Positions 24,749 through 36,226 of a DNA stretch of 64,000 nucleotides are shown one piece after another. The notes beneath the pieces are model-generated. The model had not been told where the DNA came from. It did not search any database and saw only the letters and a list, made by a program, of their open reading frames with translations. A program made the translations under genes and the position numbers. Positions within the stretch are counted from its first letter, which is position 1; the number at the start of each line of letters is the position of its first letter. This DNA is from Dipteris shenzhenensis (taxonomy: Eukaryota): NCBI GenBank assembly GCA_047967505.1, contig CM106538.1, one strand, 5' to 3'.

Positions 24749-27085
24749 AAACTTGTGTCTCATGCGCCCTCTCCTTCTCAGCTTTCGTTATGCCCTCACA
24801 ACTAGTATCAGAGCTATAATATAATGCCATCACCAACTCACAAGAGGAAGCTACAAAAGATAGTCTATTTAAGACCTGAGAGTCTTCTGTCAAAGATATC
24901 CTTCTTTAAAAGCTGAATCTCAATCTAAGATCAAAAGAAAAGCTGTAGATTACTTTGAGTACTTCATTTTTTGTTTTTAGATCTCTCTCATCTGAGTTTT
25001 TAGTGAAAAGTTACAGCTCTTGCAAAAAGTGAAATTTGTCCCTGCACGGATTCCATGTTGTTGGATCTCCATATTCAGGCCACCATTTGCAGTTCCAATG
25101 GTCTTGATGGATCTAGGTCCAAAACTTATATCTATGAAGATGCGTTTAATTCTTTGAACTTTTGAAGCTATGGTGAAGCTCTGTCTACTCCGACGTCATT
25201 ATTTCATCATTTCTTATGTGAGTGGGATCTCGAGATATAGGCAACCATTCGCAGAACCGTTTGTCCCATTGGATCCGAGACAATCCCAAAACCCCCACCT
25301 GCAAGTTCTTTTTTGATTCCATGCAAGATTGAAGCTATTCGGTCTGTCTATGTGAGATGATGTCATCATTACTTTCTCTGTTGCAATATTTCCAAAGGTT
25401 CCCATGACCCTTTGGTTGAATGACATGTGGCATATGACTTTTCTCATCACCGATTGAGATATTGGAGTTGCGACATAAGAGAAAAGTGTTTAGCTTGCCC
25501 TATTGAGTCCATATATGCATTGACATTCGCATTTGCAGGTAGGTCATATTCTGCTTTGGTAAACTGCGAGGGTTGATTCCCTCTTTCGCATCCATCAGTT
25601 GGGTTTTTTGAGTTCCAGCAGAAGAGAGATATTTGCAGATTGTCTTGCTGAGTCCGATTATGCGGTGATGCCCATGTTTTGAGGCATCCCAGGTTTTGCT
25701 TTCAGTAGCAGTCATTGCCTTGAGGTCGTGATTTTTAGGCGTACGAGAAAAATAGAGAAAGGTATTATGCTGCTTGTCATTTATGTTGATGATTTGATCA
25801 TCACAAGTGATAGTAATGAAGATATCCTTCATCTGAAAATGTTATTAAAGTAGAAGTTTGAGATGAAGGATTTGGGAGAGTTGCGTTACTTCTTGGGCAT
25901 TGAGGTGATTAGATCCACAAGTGGGATATGGCTCTTGCAGAGGCAGTATGGATTGGACATTTTGTCCAAATATGGGATGACAGGCTGTAAGCCGATTTAA
26001 GTTCCTTTGGAGCAGAATGTGAAGTTGAGCGCAGATGCAGGTGAGCTTCTGGAAGACCCTACTATGTATAGATGCATAGTAGGAAGTTTGATTTATATGA
26101 CTATTACCAGGCCAGATTTGAGCTATGCTGTTGGGTTGGTAAGTCAGTTTATGCAGGCTCCAAGGAAACCGCATTTGGATGCGGCTAGACGCATACAGAG
26201 GTATGTGAAGTCCACATTGCAGTATGGACTATTTTATGAGACTGGGGTTCACATACATTTGCATGGATACACTGATGCTAATTGGGCTGGTAGTATTTCT
26301 GATAGACGATCTACAAGTGGATATATGTTCTCTTTTGGGAGTGCTGCAGTCACTCGGAGCAGCAAGAAACAGCCTACAATTGCCTTGTCGAGCACAGAGG
26401 CTGAGTACAGGGGTGCAGCAATGGCTGCATGTGAGGTAGCTTGGTTGCATAAGCTACTGTATGATATGCATCAGTCTACAGATGGGCCAGTTGTCATTTA
26501 TTGTGACAACATGAGTAGTATACACTTGGCAAATAACCCAGTCTATCATGCTAAAACAAAGCACATTGAGGTGCATTATCACTATGTGCGGGAGAAGGTT
26601 CTAGTAGGTTTTATTGATCTAGTTTATGTCAGCATAGAGGATCAGGTAGCTGACATATTCACGAAGGCATTGGGTGCAAGTTTAGAGACCTGCTTGGTGT
26701 GCAAGAATTGGGATTGAGCTCAAGGGGGAGTGTTGAGATATCGAGCTCCACTCGTGATATGCCAGGGTGACCGTTGTGCATTTATGTCACTGACTTGTTA
26801 GCTACAGATGCAGTTGGTACACCGCCCATGAATAATAGCTGGATGACAGCTATCTTTATGTACTCTAGTTAGTGGCTCAGTTAGTATGCCACCTTAGTTA
26901 GCTGAGTTTGGTTTGAGACCCACATATAGGGTTCACTTATTCTTTTGTACCAAGAGAGTTCTTTTGGCTTTCACAACTAAGAAGAGGAAAACTGTTTTCA
27001 GCCTCCACCTTTGTGTTTATTCCCCCATTGTGTATGTAAGAAAGCTGCAAGTGAGACTCCTTTCTTCTTTCCCACTCTCTTCACA
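24749..27085 (+). mobile_element. Chimeric copia remnant: LTR tail, PBS and leader joined to RT/RNase H and a 3' LTR related to the 11873-15850 family
   Basis: ..CTCACA ac TAGTATCAGAGC (PBS variant, 24803-24814). RT/RNase H 25750-26717 (YVDDL, YTDANWAG, ADIFTKALG). PPT 26722-26730. LTR 26731-27085 (TGTTGAGATATC..CTTCACA). Confidence 0.8.
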
Positions 27086-28051
27086 GGCTGTGGCTCCAAT
27101 TTCATGCTGATGTTTGGAGTGATTTGTGCTTGGTAGATACTCATTGAAATTCCCGAGAGGTCCCGTCCTCCTCTTGACTGTATGTTTGGGTATTGCCTCC
27201 AAAAACTACCAATGGGATTACCAGGCATGGGAATCCTATTTTTATCTTGTTGCAACTCCCTTGTGTTGCGAATTGGATTATCCAATTCTTGAAGCTCATT
27301 GATGGGATCATTAATGGGGTCTTCCATAGAAAACTGAAGGGAGATTGGAGGGACATGTGGTCTTGGGGGAGAGGAAGATGTTATAGGGGAAAAGCTTGAG
27401 GTCGAAGCAAGTAGTGAATTCAAGAATTTAGAAGTAGGGATGTTGAAGGAAAGTGGAGGGAGAGTAGGACAAATTGACTTAGCAACTTGATATTCCTTAA
27501 GGGATGGATTGTCAAGTGTTGGAAAAAAGTTAGGTGTAACTGAATGATAGGAGTAAGATTCTTGGATTAGGTGATAGTGTTGAGAGGCATGGGCAAAGAG
27601 GCATGGCAAGGAATATGGATTAGCGTGGATTTCTGGAAAGGTATGGAGGATAGTACTGGAGCTAGGTAGGGATGTGAGAATATCAGAATAGAGAGTGGCA
27701 AGATAGGGGAGATTAGATTAAAGGTAGACCACATATTCCTCTGGCAGATCCCTGTCGCTTCTGGTAGGCTTTGACAGCTTTAATTTTGGATTTTTCTGGG
27801 AGTTGTATCCCATGGAAGTTGCTGGTGATTGTTGCAGTAAAGGTAGGAGTCCAACTATTACCTGAAGAGTGGGGTTTTCCATCAAGCATTCATAATGTAG
27901 TATTGCATCAACCTTTACCCATATGAGATTTGCATGTACTGAGAGATAGAACACATTCCTCTCGTCTTCATCCATGTGCTGGCATAGATCTCAAAGATTC
28001 TTTGTGCTTGCTAGTCTGGTCCAATCAAGACCAGATACTACATGAAACATT

Positions 28052-30668
28052 TGTTGGAATACTGAAAAGAAAGAGTAGAGTGGACACAAACTCAGAATAC
28101 TTGCTTATAGAATGAAGAAGAAAGAGGTCCTAAGTAGGCACCTCATACAAGGTCACTGACATCACTGATGACCTCAAAGCTCCACAATCATCTCCTCAAT
28201 CTGCTCCTAGATTCACTCAATCATCCTATGTGGCTTTTCCACCACCTAACTGTGCCTCTAGCACTCACACATAGAAACATAAGGTGTGCCTGAGGCATAC
28301 ACCTTGAGATATCCCAACAAACCCCCCCTCAAGGGAATGCCTCAGACTATGTCAAGGATACATCTAGTCTCATAGTTTCTCATGCCATCTCATGGTGATC
28401 AAGGATTAATCTATGGCTAGGTTCTCATGCTAGCAAGGGTTCCCTTGGGTGTAAGGTAAACAGAAAGGGATACAAACAGACCTTCCAATGGTTATCTCCC
28501 CTACATGTACATGCACACAATGTCTGTAGGAGGTACCATGGAACAAAACATACACATGGCCTACATCATAAGGTGACCAGAGGTGTTTACAAAACACACA
28601 AAACACAACACACAATAATTTATTTTCATTCATTTTGGAGGACTATCCAGGCTGAGTACCTTGACATAAAAAGAGTGATCTGGAGCATAGAGATGAGTTT
28701 AAAATGCATAATCTTCATGGGATGCCTCATCTTGTGGAGGCAAATTCACTGTAAGTAGATTTGCATTTTCTGCCTTTGCTTTGTCTCTGCAGAACTTCTC
28801 ACTATGGTTGTTTTTGCCACAGTGCTTACATGGATTAACTTTGAAGCAGTCCTTTGAAAGGTGATTTGTCTTTCCACAGTGATTGCAAGGAGAATACTTG
28901 CCCTTCTGGAATTTCATAACATAAGCAGTGTCATTGCCTTTCCTTAACTCCATATGTCTTTCTTCTTCTTGAAGAGCTGAGATAATGCCTTCAAGGTTTG
29001 GATTGGGAAGATTCTTCAAAGTGCTTACAATGTGATCAAAGCTTTCAGGCATACTCTTAAGTAGTACTGCCATAGCATCATCAGGGGTGATAGGAGAGTT
29101 GATAGAAGCTAACTGAGTCATAAGACTCCGCATATAGTTGACATGGGCAGCTAAAGTAGTATCACTTGCCATCTTTAATTCAAAGAAAGAGATTTTAAGT
29201 GATAGTTTAGAAATATGAGAGCTTGCACCAAAAATCAAATCTAGCTTCTGCCATGCTTCCGATGGAGACTCCAAGTCAGATATATGATGTATGTAATCAT
29301 CACCCAAAGCTAAAGCAATTATACCATATGCTTTTTCTTCTCTTGCTGGATCCCTTGCCGGTCGTGTCGGAGCTGAAGATTCCCCAGCATTTGAGGCCGT
29401 AGAAGAAGCGGTAGGAGTAGGTTTGACAAGTCCCCATAAGTTCTGCCGCATTAATGCAAATTTTACCTTCATTTGCCATGTATGGAACCCCTTTCCATTG
29501 AACTTCTCAAGATTATATAAAGTAGCCATGAGAGGGTCTAACCCAGATATTGGGCAGTGTCTATCTCTCTTACAAGGCAAAAAGAACTGAGATACTTCCA
29601 AAGTATAGCCACTTGATGTAACAAATAGTAGTGACTAGTTTTCAAACAATGATGCTACTTTTGCATGCTTCATAGGAGTGAATGAAATAAGCACTTTCCA
29701 ATCACATCCAAGTCTAGCAAGTCAAAACAAAGCTGAAGCAACACTTGTAGTGAAGTTATTAAAAACTTCAAAAGACCAGAAATGCTAGAGTAGCATTTTA
29801 TGTAGCATCATCTTCAAAACTTGTCCAAAACTGTCAAAAATGAAAAGCTGAACTTGGAGGGCTTGTAGCTCACTCTTCAAAGCAAGGAAAAGAGGGCTTT
29901 CTAAAGCAAAAGAAAGCTCATATACCAGAGAAGGTCCAGCACAGAGGTTGGATGAAATGGTGCGCACTTTTGCCCGGGAGAGTTGCTACAAGCTAAAACT
30001 GAGTTTTGATGATTTCTCCCTCGTTACTAAACCAAATGACCTGAAAAATGGCTCAAAATCTTCGTCTTGAGGTCGCCCATCTACTCCTAAGAGGGCTCAG
30101 GCAATGGCGGAGTATGCAGGGAGTGCAACAAAAGAAATTCGCTGTTTGAAGAATGGCAGCCACCACAGACGTTTTTTCTTCAATTGCTTGCAGGTGGAAG
30201 TTCGCCCATACTAGAGGAGTTTCCAGCTCAGAGGGTTTGGGCAATGGCTGTTTGTAGATGGAGAACCAAGCTCTCAAAGATTTTGGGAAGAAAGAGGAAA
30301 ATGGAGAAGAAGAAGATGAAGAAGAAGAAGATGATGTGGCAGAAATGGGCTCAAGGGGGATCAAAGGGCTCTGATACCATGTTGGAATACTGAAAAGAAA
30401 GAGTAGAGTGGACACAAACTCAGAATACTTGCTTATAGAATGAAGAAGAAAGAGGTCCTTAAGTAGGCACCTCATACAAGGTCACTGACATCACTGATGA
30501 CCTCAAAGCTCCACAATCATCTCCTCAATCTGCTCCTAGATTCACTCAATCATCCTATGTGGCTTTTCCACCACCTAACTGTGCTTGTGGGCACCTAACT
30601 GTGCCTCTAGCACTCACACATAGAAACATAAGGTGTGCCTGAGGCATACACCTTGAGATATCCCAACA
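28052..30668 (-). mobile_element. Young gag-only LTR element (TR-GAG-like), 2617 bp
   Basis: LTRs 28052-28319 and 30380-30668 differ only by a 20-bp duplication and a 1-bp indel; perfect TSD ACATT; PBS 30368-30379; PPT 28320-28329; no pol. Confidence 0.95.
28699..29529 (-). CDS. Intact copia-type Gag (276 aa) with two CCHC knuckles
   Basis: MATLYNLEKFNGKGFHTWQMK.., UBN2-like core (FFELKM..HVNYMRSL..LLKSMPESF), CNHCGKTNHLSKDC and CKHCGKNNHSEKFC, own stop codon. Confidence 0.92.
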   Translation of the reverse strand: MATLYNLEKFNGKGFHTWQMKVKFALMRQNLWGLVKPTPTASSTASNAGESSAPTRPARDPAREEKAYGIIALALGDDYIHHISDLESPSEAWQKLDLIFGASSHISKLSLKISFFELKMASDTTLAAHVNYMRSLMTQLASINSPITPDDAMAVLLKSMPESFDHIVSTLKNLPNPNLEGIISALQEEERHMELRKGNDTAYVMKFQKGKYSPCNHCGKTNHLSKDCFKVNPCKHCGKNNHSEKFCRDKAKAENANLLTVNLPPQDEASHEDYAF

Positions 30669-30886
30669 ACATTGTGATTTGCAAGTGTTTCCAGAGTATG
30701 CGTATTCTTCCTTCAAGGTGATCCTCTTGCTGGAGGACTGCAACAAGCTCTTGGTATAATGTAGTGATGCCTTGTATCAAAAGATCTTATGCTGACCCCT
30801 CCGCATCATCATCGGCTTGAGCTAGTAGTTGAATTTCCAACTTGAAAATTATAGCTTTTTGATTTTGCCACTCTATGCACTTATCT

Positions 30887-31453
30887 TTATGCAAGCTTTA
30901 GACTATTGAATTGTTGAGCTGCTTTTGGATGCCCTGGAACTTGATCATTAAGCACGTGGAGTTGGAGTATCTCTTGTTCTTGAGTGTCCAGTTCTGCTTT
31001 GGTGTGCATAAGTATCTCCCTTGATTCCATGCCTTCCTTCTCTAGAGCTTGAATATGATGTTCACCCTCTTTGAAGCTATTTTGCAACTCATTGTTTGTG
31101 TCTAATGTGGCATGGAGCTGATCCTCTTTAAGTAATAATCTTTCATTTAATTGCACCAATTCCTTTTTGATATCATCACAAGTGGCTTGCATATGGGAGA
31201 GGGCTAACTCGATCTTTTCCTTTTGGTTCAAGGCCTCGGATAGCTGTAGGCATTTATCTTGGAGAGAAACCGTGGCTTGTAGGGCATCCTCTCTACTTTC
31301 TGCTAGAGCATTGTGTGCAAGGAGTTGTTGCTGCATTTGTTCTGCCATGCTTTCCTTGAGCTTCATAATTTCAGCCTCGGCACTTTGCACTTTGGATTGG
31401 AGTGATGGGAGCATCTGTCTTTCCATTTCTCTTTCCTGCTCATCTGACACCAT
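30887..31453 (-). CDS. Coiled-coil ORF (188 aa), probably a TE accessory/cargo relic
   Basis: ATG-initiated, rich in E/Q/L/K heptads, no catalytic motif. Confidence 0.4.
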   Translation of the reverse strand: MVSDEQEREMERQMLPSLQSKVQSAEAEIMKLKESMAEQMQQQLLAHNALAESREDALQATVSLQDKCLQLSEALNQKEKIELALSHMQATCDDIKKELVQLNERLLLKEDQLHATLDTNNELQNSFKEGEHHIQALEKEGMESREILMHTKAELDTQEQEILQLHVLNDQVPGHPKAAQQFNSLKLA

Positions 31454-31953
31454 GGTAGCAAATAATTGAGACCATTGTTGTAACTATTGGCTATGATGTT
31501 GTATGACCTAGGATGTGCTATGGCCTTGCTTGTATTGGTCATACAGTGGATTCCCATGTGCCCATGTGGAATTTTGATCTATGACTTGAACAAGAGTCTA
31601 TTGTATGGTGCCACTAGAGACATTTGGGGGTTGTGACTTTAGAGTCGTGGAGTTGTCAATATTAGCGACTTGTGATTCCTTTGCAGATCACTCTTGTTGT
31701 CATTTGAGCCATGTGCGCTAATTTGTGGTTTGCATTGGGTTACATTTGAAGCTTTATTGGCCATTTGGATGCATTGTGGTCCTTGTTGGATGTGCTAGTA
31801 GGCCCAAATTACCTTGTGGGATGCTATATTGATGGATGTTTAGCACATGGGTACTATTTTTTTCTGACAGATAGCTTTGACACATTGCAGTTGATGCACT
31901 GGTTGTGCTTACATTTTCTTACCGAAGGCTTTGGCCTACATTCTTGTTATTAC

Positions 31954-32555
31954 TGTAAGAAAACAATACAACGTCTATGCTCAATAGATAACAAGATCTC
32001 GTATGCAAGAGAGAAAAGCAGATAGCATGGAGAATCAAAAATTTGATTACTGTAAAACTGATACAATAGATGGCGCTGCCTCCCAGCCGTGCGCTCCTAT
32101 GTGAGAAGCTTCGATGGCATGCTAGAAACAGTAGAGGATGGAGGCTAGATGCTAAGGATTCAGGATTGCTGTAGCCAGTGATGATGATGGGCTTTACGGG
32201 CTTGCTCTTATATAGCCACTAGTCGTAGCCAGTTAGACCCAATTGGGAGACCGACCCAGTTGGCCCAAAACAGCCGACTGGAAGTCAAAATAGGCCACCG
32301 ACCACACGTTACAGCCGTGGTGCAAAATAGAGCCTTGGCACATAACCGTTTGGCCCAGAGCCATCCGGGATCATCTGGGGCTCCAAACGGGCCCCGCAGC
32401 CGAGAGTGGGCTGCCTCGGGAAATGCTCCGTCTACCCTCAGTGCGGTCAGTCATGGTGTGCCACAGCAGCTCATGACCAATAGTTGAGACCATCCCCTTT
32501 GGCTAGTAATTGGGTAGAAAGTATGTTTTAGAAACCTAGAACTAAGACTCTCACA
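31954..32555 (-). repeat. Solo/partial LTR sharing an internal block with LTR 3062-3611; boundaries approximate
   Basis: 32285-32456 aligns by eye with 3225-3400. TATA-like (rc of CTTATATAGCC) near 32210. No TSD found. Confidence 0.55.
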
Positions 32556-33559
32556 GAAAAAAGCCAAATACAATCATTTTTGGGGGACTACCCAGGGTAG
32601 AATACCCTTATTGACTCAACACACACACAAAGGACAATTAAAAAGCCCAATCCTCATCAACCTCCTCGCGGTGGACATGGACCAGTGGCAGCAGTCTATT
32701 TCCACAACTTCTTCTCTTTCTTCAGGTTCTTCTTCCCCGAGCAAATTGGCATATACAGGAGCTTTGTATGTCTATTATGAATCGCCAAAAGGTACTAAGG
32801 TAGATTTCCAAGCTGAGGTGATACATTTCAAACATAATAATCTAATCCTAAGGGAAAAAACCTCTTCTAAATGGAGGTACCCCAAGGATGTTCACACCAC
32901 ACTACTCAATATCCAACAATCCTTACACTATTTGCTACCATCTACTAGTGCAAAATCAGACAATTTGAGGACAAGAGCGGCTCCAAATCTGGCTACCATA
33001 AGAGGTCAAGCTCAAAATGACACTGTGTATGCCATGCTGGAGGGAAGTATCACCCTAACCTTAACCCTAGAAGTGTGACAACTCTCTGTGTAAGGTTTTA
33101 AAGCCTTTCTTGATGATGAAAATTCCTAACCTCTCCAACTTAATGACTTAGAATCATCTTGGCTGTGCCCCCAAGGGTGCAATAAATCTTAGCCAACACA
33201 ACCATAGCCTAATATCTTATTAGCTCTTTCAGCTTACATTTTTGTGTATATGATTGGGTCGTTTGGGAGAGACTAAAATGAAATTTTAGTCTTCACAAGC
33301 AGTTGTAGCTTGATTAAGACTTCATTTTGATTAGCCTTCTCCTGTAGTGCTAGCCTTTGTCCTTGCTGATCCTATCCTTGAGCTCTTGAGTGTTGACAAA
33401 AAATGTATGAGAATAAAAGCTAACAACACTTGCATGAGGGAGGTGTCTTTGGGGAGACTTCAAGAATCAAAGTCAGAGGAGTATAGGGACATTGGAGATT
33501 GCAGTACGGGCTACACATGGATGCTGTAGATGCCTCCAAGAGATACCGAGATCGTTCTC

Positions 33560-34850
33560 AAAGCCAGGCTGCCAACCTATGTACTTATAATGGATCAAAT
33601 TGAATATATATTCCCTTTGCATATATTCAAAGTCCAGTTGCTTGTATTGGGCATTTTGTTTGCCGTATGTTTCTCAGGACATGAGAGAATGTAGAGATGT
33701 CATCTTTCTTTTTATTTGGCTTACACATTTTTGTGCCCTTGCCCTTGCTTTGTGCAACAAAGGCTTTGTGAGTGCCACTCTTGCTATCACACATGTGTGA
33801 AAACTTGAAGTTTGAGTTTCAAGTTGTCAACACTGTCAATGATAGCTGTACCAACATGGTCCCCAACTCCTTAAAGGTGAGAAGTCTTGACCTTTCTACA
33901 GTCATAGTATGATTGAAGCTCCTTGGCAACATGTTCAGCATGAGCGTTGGCAACTCAACTGGGTTCACATTGTAACCAACAGCTCTGAGTTGATCTCTCA
34001 ATACGTTCACTTTTGTGAGGTAGTCCCACACGGTGTCACCCTCATCCATCCTCATGGTGAAGAGATGGTTCTGAAGGTTGAGGATCCTTGTTGTACTGTT
34101 CGTTTTGTCATGCTTCCATTGAGTTATCCGCCAACTGATTGTGTGGGATCAATCTGTTTGCGGTTGTCCCGATTATCATGGACATCGCTTCGGCATCCTT
34201 CTCTTCCCACTTTTCTAACAGGTCTGGATCAGCTAGTTTTATTATCTTGCGTGTCGCATCTTTGATGCCTTTGGGCTTTGGATCTTCTCTTATGTGCCTC
34301 AAGGTGGCTCCGTAGCTTCAATTTCAGGACAGCGCACGTGTCCCCATCCAGTTTGCCTGCTTCTCCAATGTTTGGAATCAGCGCATATGTGACCTATCCT
34401 TCAAACGTAGGAGATGACTTCTACAATCGTGAATTGAGATCTCCTTCCAAAGTCCAAGCTTCACGCACTTGTGAGTCTTAGTCAGGGCTCTGATACTAAA
34501 TTAGAAAAAAGAGATTGAAGTTGCTTGCTATAGCCAACACTCGCGCAATGGAAGGTTCTGTAACGTAGGCCAGAAATCACACAGTACTTACTCAAATCTC
34601 ACTCCTTTTTTTCTTGTTACACAATTGAATATATATAGATGCAAATAATGAAACACACACATGAGAGTAGAAACAGATAAGTATGTATTTCTCCGAAAAT
34701 GGACAAAACCTTGTATAAGGGTGTGCACTGTATGCCACCATCTAGCAGATATGGTGTTGCCTAGATGTGGACCCTTGGCACCACAAAAGTATTCTCCTAT
34801 CTTCCCCTAGCACCTTAAAAAACTGTGTCAGTCTGCATGCTCTCCAAGAA
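33560..34850 (-). mobile_element. Degenerate copia 5' portion (LTR, PBS, gag)
   Basis: PBS variant (rc TAGTATCAGAGC) at 34487-34498; gag fragments KLDGDT..WEEKDAEAMSMI and MRMDEGDTVWDYL..LNMLPRSF. Ends approximate. Confidence 0.7.
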
Positions 34851-34859
34851 CTTCAGTGG

Positions 34860-35626
34860 GATGAGTAGTTGCTCTCCCTACAGACCTCCTCGCTGCTCCG
34901 GTGGACAGCCAATGGTGAGGTACCGTTAATGTCCTGATCCTTGACTTCCTTGCAGCACCTTGCTGCTCCTGTCTGCAGCTAGTGGCGAGTCACAAGGCTC
35001 CCTGATTCCTGGCCTCCTTGCTGCTGGAACTGCAGCCAAACTGTGAGGTGCAAACTGAATACTAACTGCCCCTCCAGGGCGCTTTGATAGGGCTAGAATG
35101 CCCCTAGGAACTGGCCGACCAGCAGACTGAGCTGGCTGACCAGCCCACAGACTGGGCTGACCCAGTCTGTGGCAGATCTTCTGCCCTAACCTGCTGTTGG
35201 AGGCCAGCCTGCCAAGTGGTATGTGCTGGCTGGTCTACCTCTCTGTGAGCCTGACCCACTGCTTCAGACTGCTGCCTGGCAGTCCTTGCTGCCACCATCT
35301 GCAGGGTCTATATAATGGCCTTGGCAGCTGCAGGGTCTATATAATGGCCTTGGCAGCCCATGTTTGCTGCCCTATGTGCAGCCCTTGCAGGGCCTTCTGC
35401 TGCATGAACGTCTGTCCTCTTCTAGGTCCTGTGCTGCTCCTAGGAAGCCCTTCCATCCAGATATACCTGCAGCTCACATGACAGCCTGCATGCTGCCCCA
35501 TGTGGCAGCCCTGCACCTGCAGATCTGCCCCTGTGGCAGCTTTCCTCTCTCCCCATTTGGGTTTTGTCTCATAAGATACTGCTGGTACACCTCACAGATG
35601 GGGAAATGACCACAGTAATCCCAACA
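34860..35626 (-). repeat. GC-rich LTR-like remnant ending ATCCCAACA
   Basis: Typical LTR terminus, internal short duplications, composition similar to LTR 61008-61671. Left end unclear. Confidence 0.5.
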
Positions 35627-36052
35627 CTAAAATGAAATTGTATAGGCTTCACAAGCAATAGTAGCTTGAATGAAGAGAATGTGGACTACTTTTGGATTAG
35701 TTTTCTTGTTTAGTGCTAGCCTTTGTCAATGCTGAGTTTACCCTTCACCTTTGGAGTGCTGATAGGAGCTTAGTACAAATACCTTTGTATAAATGGATGC
35801 TCAAGCATGTGTGAGGGTGTGGATATGTATGTGTAGGACATATGTTTTTGCTATGGTACACCCACCATTGGGCGTGGATGATGTCGGTGGGGATGTCATG
35901 AGTAGTAAGTCCCTGCTATGCATGATGGAGTTTAGGGTTTTCAACCGTCAAGCAACTAACTCGAGTGAATAACTTTCTTTGCAAAAAAAAAACTTGAGTG
36001 AAGAACTGCACACTGTGTTGTGTTTTTCAGAGGATGAAATTTGAAATGTTCC

Positions 36053-36080
36053 TATATATATGTGTGTGTGTGTGTGTGTG

Positions 36081-36143
<63 letters not shown>

Positions 36144-36226
36144 GTATGTGTATGTATAAATAAATAAATATATGTATATTAAATATAAATATAAATATAT
36201 ATGTGTGTGTGTGTGTGTGTGTGTAG
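36053..36226. repeat. Compound microsatellite (TA/TG/TC/TA/TATG/TG)
   Basis: Directly visible. Confidence 0.95.

Noticed and set aside
27086-28051. Possible Ty3/gypsy gag relic (minus strand)
   Set aside because: No diagnostic motif that I can support.
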